64,000 nucleotides of DNA from a virus: IMG/VR virus record IMGVR_UViG_3300017788_002882, positions 37,717 through 101,716 of that record. One strand, given 5' to 3'. The translations under genes and the position numbers were made by a program. This document shows, in pieces, positions 20,180 through 28,339 of this stretch. The notes under the pieces are model-generated. The model had not been told where the DNA came from and ran no database searches. It was given only the letters and a program-made list of their open reading frames with translations. Within the stretch, counting starts at the first letter, position 1, and every line of letters begins with the position of its first letter.

Positions 20180-20656
20180 ATGATCACTTACATACCCAAC
20201 TTCCTAAGTAATTATGAATGTGAATATTATATTAATTTGTTCAAATCAAATGATATAGAGTTTATGGAATGGATTCAAAAAAAAAATAGACTTGGTGATA
20301 ATGATGTACTAAAATTTTATTACACAGATATAACAGATAATAAATTTGAGACCGACAAGTTTCCCAATTATATTTTCAAAAAGTTAAGAATACAAATGGT
20401 GAACGAATCAATAGACCAATGTAAAGCTCCACATACTCATGTGAATCCATGGTCGTTTGTCATTTTCCTGAATGAAAATTTCATTGGGGGAGAATTAGTT
20501 TTCGATAATATCGAATATGAACCAAAAACAGGAGATATGGTTTATTTTTCTGGAGAAGAGAGGCACAAACTTAACAATTGTGTCGGTGATAGATATACTC
20601 TCATTGGAGGGATGCAAAATAATCCTTTAAACGTGAAAACAGGAAAATTAATTTGA
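20180..20656 (+). CDS. 2OG-Fe(II) oxygenase, prolyl-hydroxylase-like
   Basis: PNFLS..EC, HTH, FLNENFIGGEL, PKTGD, distal H and RY motifs. Confidence 0.75.
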   Translation: MITYIPNFLSNYECEYYINLFKSNDIEFMEWIQKKNRLGDNDVLKFYYTDITDNKFETDKFPNYIFKKLRIQMVNESIDQCKAPHTHVNPWSFVIFLNENFIGGELVFDNIEYEPKTGDMVYFSGEERHKLNNCVGDRYTLIGGMQNNPLNVKTGKLI

Positions 20657-20663
20657 ATGTGGA

Positions 20664-21110
20664 ATGATTGTTTATTATGAAAATTTTTTGAATTCATCAG
20701 AATGTGAGTACTTTACGAATTTATATAAAATAGAAAACGACCAGTATTGCGATGATGATATTTACAAATTTTATTTTATTAATTTAATAGGAAGAGAATT
20801 AATTACCGATAGGTTTTCAACCTTTATATTCAAGAAGTTTAGAGTTCAAATGCTCAACGAATCAATAAATCAGTCTACTATCCCACATCGGCACGTAAAT
20901 CCTTGGTCTTTCATTATTTTTCTTAACGATAATTTTACAGGAGGTGAAGTAATTTTTGACAAAATAAGCTATACCCCCAAAACAGGAGATATGATTTATT
21001 TTTCAGGTGAAGAAAACCACAAAGTCAATAATTGTATTGGAAATAGATATACCTTAGTTGGATTTATGCACAATAACCCAATGAATGTAAAAAAAAACAC
21101 TCTTATATGA
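20664..21110 (+). CDS. 2OG-Fe(II) oxygenase, tandem paralogue of 20180
   Basis: Near-identical core (HVNPWSF..FLN.NF.GGE..FD...Y.PKTGDM.YFSGEE.HK.NNC.G.RYTL). Confidence 0.75.
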   Translation: MIVYYENFLNSSECEYFTNLYKIENDQYCDDDIYKFYFINLIGRELITDRFSTFIFKKFRVQMLNESINQSTIPHRHVNPWSFIIFLNDNFTGGEVIFDKISYTPKTGDMIYFSGEENHKVNNCIGNRYTLVGFMHNNPMNVKKNTLI

Positions 21111-21931
21111 AAAAAAAACTTCTATTAACAATGGGATGTTCCTTCACAGAGGGAGTAGGATGTTATGACCCTGAAGTTGTCTCATACAAAGTTGGTGATA
21201 AAACAAAGTATAAAAAAACAGAAGAAGTTTATTACATTAGTAAAGAAAGATTTCACAAATATTCTTGGCCATCACATCTTCAAAAACAACTCAATTATGA
21301 TACTCTAATCAATTTAGGGTTTGGTGGGTCATCCACCTCAGGTAATGTAAAAGTTTGGTTCGAAAAATACTATAATAAAAATTTTTCTGACGAGTTTGAC
21401 GTTTTGGTTCTTTGGTTATTACCATCTCCAACTAGATTTTCATTCTACAGAGATTCCACACTGATGAATATAAACCCACTGATGGAAAAAAACATTTACA
21501 ATGTTCATAGTTACGAAATCGGAAAAGAATATTTAAAATTCATAAATGATTTAGATATGGACCCAATTCTTGAACAAATTTTTTATGTCAAAATTATGGA
21601 AGAACATTGTATTTCTAAGAAATACAAATTTCTGTATACTCCAATTGATTACCGTCAAAATACTTTTTTTGAAAAATTTCACAATATAAATAATATGATG
21701 AAATTTAATCAATCTATTTTCCCTAACTTCGAAGAAAACTCAAATATGAAATCACTTGTTTGTAGTCATCCAAATGAACTTGGTTATCAATATATCTCTA
21801 ATAATTTATATAATTGGATTAAAACAAATAATCCCGAAATTATTTCAGATAAAAAACCAAACAAATTTGAATCCAAATGGGATGGTTATCCAATTTTTAA
21901 CCATTCACGTGAAGTCAAAATACCTATCTAA
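21107..21931 (+). CDS. SGNH/GDSL-like hydrolase or acyltransferase
   Basis: GCSFTEG, NLGFGGSS and HPNELGY motifs. Confidence 0.7.
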   Translation: MKKKLLLTMGCSFTEGVGCYDPEVVSYKVGDKTKYKKTEEVYYISKERFHKYSWPSHLQKQLNYDTLINLGFGGSSTSGNVKVWFEKYYNKNFSDEFDVLVLWLLPSPTRFSFYRDSTLMNINPLMEKNIYNVHSYEIGKEYLKFINDLDMDPILEQIFYVKIMEEHCISKKYKFLYTPIDYRQNTFFEKFHNINNMMKFNQSIFPNFEENSNMKSLVCSHPNELGYQYISNNLYNWIKTNNPEIISDKKPNKFESKWDGYPIFNHSREVKIPI

Positions 21932-21967
21932 TAATGATAAAAAAAAAATTTTTGTTATTATATATCT

Positions 21968-23017
21968 ATGAACTCAGAGGTAGACTTAAAAAAATATTTT
22001 TGTACAGTACCATTCAAAAACTTGGAGATTCACACTAATGTCTGTTTTGCATGCTGTCCATCTTGGTTGCCAAACAAAATAGAAACCTCAGAAATTCCTT
22101 TGAAGGAAGTTTGGAATAGTACTCCAATGACTGACATTCGGGAATCAATAATTGATGGATCCTTCAAATACTGTGATAAAGAATTATGTCCTTATTTGAG
22201 TAAACTTATCAACTTTGGTGAAACATCTGGCCCCGTCCAATTGAAAACTGAATCTACACCTAAATCTCCATTTTTGAATGAAGGACCAAAAGTCTTGGTA
22301 ATGAATTTCGATAGGACTTGTAATTATAAATGTCCATCTTGTAGAGTAGATTTGATTGTAGAGGATAAAAAAGGAATACAACGAGTAGAAAAAACAATAG
22401 AGGAAATAGATTCCTTTTACTCCAAGGACGTTAAGACATTATATATAACAGGTTCAGGGGACCCATTTATATCCGTAGGTTTCAGAAACTACTTGCGTAA
22501 TTTTGACCCCAAGAAATATCCTAAACTGAAGTCGATTCATTTTCATACTAATGCATCGATGTGGAATAAAGAAATGTGGGATAGTATGCCAAATGTTCAC
22601 AAATACGTCAAAAGTTGTGAGATAAGTATAGATGCTGGGACAAAAGATACTTACGAAAACAAAACAAGATTAGGAGGAAAGTGGGATAATCTCATAGAAA
22701 ATTTAAATTTCATAAATACAATTCCGAGTTTGAAATATGTCAAAACATCATTTGTAGTACAAGATTCGAACTACAGGGAGATGGAATTATTCTACAATAT
22801 AATGTACTCAATTTTCGGAAAAAAAGTTGGGGTGTTCTTTGGAAAAATAACTAACTGGGGAACATTCGGTGAAGATGAATTTAAATCGAAACAAGTATGG
22901 GATAATTCGCATCCCGAACATGAATTATTCAAAGAAGAATTCAATAAAATTAGTAAGAACAAATATATGTTCCATAACTTACACGAATTTACAGATAAAA
23001 CCAAAACTTTGATATAA
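21968..23017 (+). CDS. Radical SAM protein with N-terminal Cys-rich (SPASM/twitch-like) region
   Basis: CNYKCPSC, GSGDPF and ISIDAG motifs; N-terminal C..PF...ACC...C...CP. Confidence 0.85.
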   Translation: MNSEVDLKKYFCTVPFKNLEIHTNVCFACCPSWLPNKIETSEIPLKEVWNSTPMTDIRESIIDGSFKYCDKELCPYLSKLINFGETSGPVQLKTESTPKSPFLNEGPKVLVMNFDRTCNYKCPSCRVDLIVEDKKGIQRVEKTIEEIDSFYSKDVKTLYITGSGDPFISVGFRNYLRNFDPKKYPKLKSIHFHTNASMWNKEMWDSMPNVHKYVKSCEISIDAGTKDTYENKTRLGGKWDNLIENLNFINTIPSLKYVKTSFVVQDSNYREMELFYNIMYSIFGKKVGVFFGKITNWGTFGEDEFKSKQVWDNSHPEHELFKEEFNKISKNKYMFHNLHEFTDKTKTLI

Positions 23018-23577
23018 TGAAAATATTGGTATTATCTCATACTAGAAGTGGTTCTACTACCTTATGTAAATGGATTTCGAGGGAGATGAAGATTGAGTTG
23101 GATGAAACTCCATATAATAAAAAAACTTTCTATTCAGTTTTTGATAAGAAAGATATAGTTAGAAAAATAGTCATTGAGGAATTCGCACCTCCGAACCATG
23201 TAATTCTTAAATTTGATAAAGTAATTTGTTTGACCCGTGATGATAGTGTTGAAACTGCGATAAGTTTCATCATGGCAAAAAAAACTGATAAATGGCATGT
23301 CGAATATGATATTACTAATGATTGGATTATTGAAAATAAAAATGAAATAATACGGAGGAAAAATTGGTATGATAGTATGAAATCAGTCCTAAAAAAATAT
23401 GATGTACTACAATTAAAATATGAAAACATTTATATCAATAAAACAGAATTGAAATTATTAACTGACTACCTGAATATTACAAGCCCCCAACATTTACATT
23501 TACTTGATTACACTAAAAAATATAGAAAAGATAGATTCCAATTGATTCATGATTTTGAAAGAAAAGATATTATTTAG
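23017..23577 (+). CDS. Sulfotransferase-like P-loop protein (Stf0-like)
   Basis: SHTRSGSTTL 5'-PSB loop, LTR...AIS 3'-PB motif and YE. Confidence 0.7.
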   Translation: MKILVLSHTRSGSTTLCKWISREMKIELDETPYNKKTFYSVFDKKDIVRKIVIEEFAPPNHVILKFDKVICLTRDDSVETAISFIMAKKTDKWHVEYDITNDWIIENKNEIIRRKNWYDSMKSVLKKYDVLQLKYENIYINKTELKLLTDYLNITSPQHLHLLDYTKKYRKDRFQLIHDFERKDII

Positions 23578-24046
23578 TGCGAAGGAATGCCAATCCATAA
23601 TTTGGGACGAAACCAAAAATATAAATAATCATTCCTATGTAAGTGATAGAAGATACAACTCACAGCCAATAAAGTATGATGAAAATACTAAATGGATATT
23701 CGAAAAACTTTCCGAGTTTTTCCAAGAAGAAACTAAGTTGAAAATCACTGCGATCAAAAATAAAATCCACTTTCATAAATTCGTTGCAGGAGATTGGTTT
23801 GGAAAACATAATGACGCAATTGACAACAGAGTTTATGCGGTTGGGGTTCTATTGAATGAAAATTTTGAGGGGGGTGACTTCAAGTTGTATAACCCCAACG
23901 AATATACATTGAATAAAACCGTTGGCAACGCTTACATATTTGAAGTAAATATAGACCATGAAATCACACCAATTTTAAGTGGAGAAAGATATTCTTTGTT
24001 ATGGTTTTTACAGAAAGATAATTTGATTACAAAAACAATAATTTAA
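23549..24046 (+). CDS. 2OG-Fe(II) oxygenase, prolyl-4-hydroxylase-like
   Basis: HND, LNENFEGGDF and HEITPILSGERYSL motifs. Confidence 0.85.
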   Translation: MILKEKILFSAKECQSIIWDETKNINNHSYVSDRRYNSQPIKYDENTKWIFEKLSEFFQEETKLKITAIKNKIHFHKFVAGDWFGKHNDAIDNRVYAVGVLLNENFEGGDFKLYNPNEYTLNKTVGNAYIFEVNIDHEITPILSGERYSLLWFLQKDNLITKTII

Positions 24047-25213
24047 ATGGAAATAGATTTTTGGTTTACAGATATATTCAAAGGGTCAGGTATTCAAGAA
24101 ATGCTCGAAAAAATAGACAGAAATATTTCATTCAAAAATGTTGATACAGACGTAATTGATTCAAATAAATTGAACCTATTAGTTTTTGTTTGGGAAACAA
24201 GTCCAAAACTTCCATACACAACATACACTACTTCGGATGAATTTATAGATTTACTCAAAAAACTTCAGGATAAAAAGTTTTACTTTATGGCAGATTTTTC
24301 AAGAGAAGCCCACAACAGAGTAGATGAACTTAGTTTATCTTTTTTGAATAAATTGAAATCCAACGGAATAGACATCAACCGATTGGTTCTTGTTAAAAAT
24401 GACTCCTTGAAAATCGGTTTACACAAAATGAAATATGAGAATTTCACATTAAATACATTTTTCTTTCCCCACTTTTTCTTATCAACATATAACCATCTCA
24501 AACAATATATTAACCCCGAAAACGAAAGAACAAAAATAGAACCAGATAAAAAATTTCTGTGTTTAAATCGGAGGGTATTTTATCACAAGTATCAAATTAT
24601 TGAAGAGTTGTTCAAAAGAGGTTTATTGGATGAAACACGGCTAACTTGGGTAGACAATTATACCCCTCTCAAAATGATCGATTTAGATTTGGCACATAAA
24701 CTAAAATTAAATGGTCTCGAGTTCAAATCCATACAATTAGAAGGCGATGTTATGTACGGTAGTAGACTATCATATCACGACGAATTCTTATTTACAATTA
24801 ATCCAGATTGGTATTATAATAGTAAAGTAGATATAATTACTGAAACCATGTTATATGACGAGGCGATACATATCACCGAGAAAACTTACAAATCAATTTA
24901 TTTAGGATTACCGTTTGTTGTATCCGCAACCAAAGGACATCTAAAACACCTACGAGACATGGGGTTCAAAACGTTCAATTCAATCATAAATGAGGATTAT
25001 GATGAAATGAATGGTAAAAATAAAGTGAAACACGTTATAGATGCTGCTATAGAATTATCGAACGTATATGATAATCCTGAAGTGATAGAAATTTGTAAGT
25101 TCAACAGAGAACTCTATTTCGATTCTGAATTTCGGAAGAAAATTTGTAAAAAATTTTTTTTGGATAAATTACATGAAATCAAAGATAAATCACACCCTAA
25201 CTCATTAATCTAA
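24047..25213 (+). CDS. GT10-like (putative GT-B) protein, phage paralogue family
   Basis: KKFLCLNR, IITET, ITEKTYK, PF and GFKTF...I.E.YD motifs shared with 5 paralogues. Confidence 0.5.
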   Translation: MEIDFWFTDIFKGSGIQEMLEKIDRNISFKNVDTDVIDSNKLNLLVFVWETSPKLPYTTYTTSDEFIDLLKKLQDKKFYFMADFSREAHNRVDELSLSFLNKLKSNGIDINRLVLVKNDSLKIGLHKMKYENFTLNTFFFPHFFLSTYNHLKQYINPENERTKIEPDKKFLCLNRRVFYHKYQIIEELFKRGLLDETRLTWVDNYTPLKMIDLDLAHKLKLNGLEFKSIQLEGDVMYGSRLSYHDEFLFTINPDWYYNSKVDIITETMLYDEAIHITEKTYKSIYLGLPFVVSATKGHLKHLRDMGFKTFNSIINEDYDEMNGKNKVKHVIDAAIELSNVYDNPEVIEICKFNRELYFDSEFRKKICKKFFLDKLHEIKDKSHPNSLI

Positions 25214-25217
25214 ATTT

Positions 25218-26030
25218 ATGGAATCATTAAAATACTGGTCTCCCAATGATTTTGAAATTTCATCATTAAGATATAAACTTAATGGTCAAAAAAGAGTTAA
25301 AGAGTTCAGAACTCCAACAAGCACTGAAACTAAATCCTGTACCTATACCTATAATGATTTAGGATATAGAGGAGACTCAATGCATAAAAATGGCTTTCGT
25401 ATTATGTCAATTGGATGTTCATTGACTGAAGGAGTTGGTATTAATGATGATGAAACATGGCCTAATCAATTTACGAAAATGGTTACTAATGGTGTGGATT
25501 TAAACTTTGGTTGTGGAGGAAGGAGTAATGATTATATTAGTAGGTGTTTATTAAGTTATTATGATTTAATTAAACCCGATTTAGTTTTAATCATGTACAC
25601 TTCTTTGGAAAGACGGGAAGTGTGGACTAAAAGTAATGGTGTGAAACCATTTATGCCCCCTTGTTGGGGCTATTTGCGAGACTCTGATGAAGGAAGAAAC
25701 ACCTGTAATAATTTGGTTGATTTACAAAACGATAATTCTGATTTCATAAATTGGTATAAAAATCATTTGTTAATAAAATTATTCTTGGAATCGAAAAAAT
25801 GTAATTGGATTTGGAATGGTTCGTTTGGAGTTCATAAAGAGTTCAAGGAATATAATAGATTTGACGGAGATTATATGAGTGATTCATTTATTGACTTAGC
25901 ATCTGATGAGTCCCATCCAGGCTCAAAACATAATAAAGAATACGTTATTAAATTATTCAATCATTTGAAACAAAACTTTCCGAATTATTTATCGAATGAT
26001 TACCATTCTATTAACCAAAAATTATTTTGA
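25218..26030 (+). CDS. SGNH-like protein
   Basis: YTYNDLGYRGD, GCSLTEGVG, GGRSND and DESHPG motifs. Confidence 0.7.
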   Translation: MESLKYWSPNDFEISSLRYKLNGQKRVKEFRTPTSTETKSCTYTYNDLGYRGDSMHKNGFRIMSIGCSLTEGVGINDDETWPNQFTKMVTNGVDLNFGCGGRSNDYISRCLLSYYDLIKPDLVLIMYTSLERREVWTKSNGVKPFMPPCWGYLRDSDEGRNTCNNLVDLQNDNSDFINWYKNHLLIKLFLESKKCNWIWNGSFGVHKEFKEYNRFDGDYMSDSFIDLASDESHPGSKHNKEYVIKLFNHLKQNFPNYLSNDYHSINQKLF

Positions 26031-26821
26031 AAATGAAATCACTTCAATTTTGGAAACCTGAGACATTCGAAATTTCTTCATACAAATATCACCTTGACGG
26101 TAGGAAAAATAAATCCTTTAGTACATCAGGAAGTGATAATACAGGATTGTGTACATATACATATAATGAATTAGGATTTAGGGGAGATTCAATCAATAAA
26201 TCTGGATTCAAAGTAATGTCAATCGGGTGTTCATTAACCGAAGGAGTCGGTGTAAATGACGATGAAACTTGGCCTTACCAATTTACCCAACTCATACCCG
26301 ACAGTGTGAATCTAAATTTTGGGTGTGGTGGTAGGAGTAATGATTATATACTGAGATGCTTAGTCACCCACTATGATTTAATTAATCCTGATTTGGTATT
26401 AATAATGTATACCTCTCCTCAGAGAAGAGAAATATATACAGATAATGGTGGGATTGAACCATTTATCCCAACATTATCTTGGGGTTATATGGATGAAACT
26501 GAAAGAGGAAGAGAAATCCAAAACTGCTTAATAGAATTACAGAATGAAAATGAAGATTTTATCAATTGGTATAAAAATCACATAACCATAAAATTATTTT
26601 TGGAATCAAAAAATTGTAATTGGTTATGGAATGGATCATTCGGTATACCTAAAAAATATTCGGAATTTAATAGGTTTGATGGTGATTATATGAATGAACC
26701 ATTTTTGGATTTGAGTGTTGAAGGTTTACATCCAGGTCCACTTCATAATAAACTTTATGCGGAAAATTTGATGAATCACATGAAAATCAATTTTCCTGAT
26801 TATTTATCGAGTACTTCATGA
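26027..26821 (+). CDS. SGNH-like protein (paralogue of 25218; likely start ATG 26033)
   Basis: GCSLTEGVG, GGRSND and EGLHPG motifs. Confidence 0.7.
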   Translation: MKMKSLQFWKPETFEISSYKYHLDGRKNKSFSTSGSDNTGLCTYTYNELGFRGDSINKSGFKVMSIGCSLTEGVGVNDDETWPYQFTQLIPDSVNLNFGCGGRSNDYILRCLVTHYDLINPDLVLIMYTSPQRREIYTDNGGIEPFIPTLSWGYMDETERGREIQNCLIELQNENEDFINWYKNHITIKLFLESKNCNWLWNGSFGIPKKYSEFNRFDGDYMNEPFLDLSVEGLHPGPLHNKLYAENLMNHMKINFPDYLSSTS

Positions 26822-27429
26822 AAAGAACAAAAATGGTGATTGGATTACACACTTCTATGGAATTCTTGGAAGAAACGAAAGATGATAAATCATTAACGGT
26901 TTTTGCATTTGAACCCAACAAAGATATAGTATCCAAAATTTATAACGAATTTGAAATCCCACCAAATTATGTGATAATCGACAAAGCAGTATCAAATATT
27001 GATGGTAAAGTACCTTTTTATATTTGTTCATTGGATTCATGTTCAAGTTTGATGAATTGGGGTAATGGCCCAAAGTTAGGTGAAATGAGAGAAGTTGAGG
27101 TTGAATGTATAAGAATGGACAATTTTATAATAGATAATGAAATTGAAAATATCGAATTTATAATAATTGATACACAAGGGAATGACCTTAACGTCCTGTA
27201 CGGTTTTGGAGAAAAATTTCAAATAGTAGAAAAAGGAACATGCGAGAGTCTTTCCGAAGAGACAAATTGGAAACTTTATGAAAATCAACCATCATTCTCA
27301 GACTTTGCAAAATTTTTCAAAAAAAACAATTACACAATATCATGGGATTGGAATTGGGGGGGAGCAATTCAATTCAACGAAATAAACATCGAATTTGAAA
27401 AATTAAAAAAACTAAATAAGTTAATATAA
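26818..27429 (+). CDS. FkbM-family methyltransferase
   Basis: FAFEPN, AVSN, SSL and IDTQGNDL motifs. Confidence 0.75.
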   Translation: MKRTKMVIGLHTSMEFLEETKDDKSLTVFAFEPNKDIVSKIYNEFEIPPNYVIIDKAVSNIDGKVPFYICSLDSCSSLMNWGNGPKLGEMREVEVECIRMDNFIIDNEIENIEFIIIDTQGNDLNVLYGFGEKFQIVEKGTCESLSEETNWKLYENQPSFSDFAKFFKKNNYTISWDWNWGGAIQFNEINIEFEKLKKLNKLI

Positions 27430-27431
27430 TT

Positions 27432-28226
27432 ATGAACGCTTTGAAATTTTGGTCTCCGAACAATTTCGAATTTTCTTCCTTAAGAAGTTTACTTACGAGG
27501 AAAAAAGTTAAACTTGGAACAGACAACACAGGATTATGCACTTACTCCTATAATGAGCTTGGATTCAGGAGTGATTCAATCTACAGTAAAGGATTCAAAA
27601 TCATGTCAATAGGTTGTTCAAACACTGAAGGAATAGGTGTGAATGATAATCAAACTTGGCCTCATCAATTTTCTAGATTGATTTCCAATGGAATAGATTT
27701 AAATTTCGGTGCATCGGGTCGAAGTAACGATTATATTTCAAGATGTTTGTTAAGTTATTATGACTTGATAAAACCTGATTTAATTTTGATAATGTACACT
27801 TCACCTCGAAGACGCGAGGTATATACAAAAAATTCAGGAGTGAAACCTTTTCTATATGAAGATTCTTGGGGATTTTTGCGTGAAACCGAAGAAGGTAAAA
27901 TGATTCAAAATAATTTACTTCTATTACAAAATGACAATGAAGATTTTATGAATTGGTATAAAAATCATTTATTGATTAAATTATTTTTGGAATCGAAAAA
28001 AAGTAATTGGATATGGAATGGTTGGTTTAATATACCTTCTGAATATTTGGAATTTAATCGATTTGATGGATTATACGGAAAGTTTGTTGATTACGGTGCT
28101 GATGGAGGCCATCCTGGCCCCCAACACAATAAAATCTACGCAGAAACCTTACTCAAACACATAGAAAGTAACTTCCCGAATTATTTGCCAACTGAAAACC
28201 AAACTTATGAAAGTAAGTTAATTTAA
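27432..28226 (+). CDS. SGNH-like protein (paralogue of 25218)
   Basis: GCSNTEGIG, SGRSND and DGGHPG motifs. Confidence 0.7.
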   Translation: MNALKFWSPNNFEFSSLRSLLTRKKVKLGTDNTGLCTYSYNELGFRSDSIYSKGFKIMSIGCSNTEGIGVNDNQTWPHQFSRLISNGIDLNFGASGRSNDYISRCLLSYYDLIKPDLILIMYTSPRRREVYTKNSGVKPFLYEDSWGFLRETEEGKMIQNNLLLLQNDNEDFMNWYKNHLLIKLFLESKKSNWIWNGWFNIPSEYLEFNRFDGLYGKFVDYGADGGHPGPQHNKIYAETLLKHIESNFPNYLPTENQTYESKLI

Positions 28227-28339
28227 TGATTGTAAATAAAAGGGTCTCTTTTTCTCAACTCTTCAAGTTTCTTTTTCAATTCTTTTTTTCTTTTACGTTC
28301 CTTAATTTTTTTAAGAAACCAATCTATAATTTTTTTCAT
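28223..28339 (-). CDS. 38-aa basic peptide ending RDPFIYNH, coupled to the carbamoyltransferase
   Basis: Manual translation MKKIIDWFLKKIKERKRKKELKKKLEELRKRDPFIYNH; ATGA overlap with the carbamoyltransferase stop. Confidence 0.6.
   Translation of the reverse strand: MKKIIDWFLKKIKERKRKKELKKKLEELRKRDPFIYNH

Noticed and set aside
18091-28226. C-terminal tag as a peroxisomal PTS1 (SKL) or as a purely DNA-level motif
   Set aside because: The tags end in Ile rather than SKL and the context is prokaryotic. Synonymous codon and stop variation argues against a fixed DNA motif, although an AT-bias contribution is not excluded.
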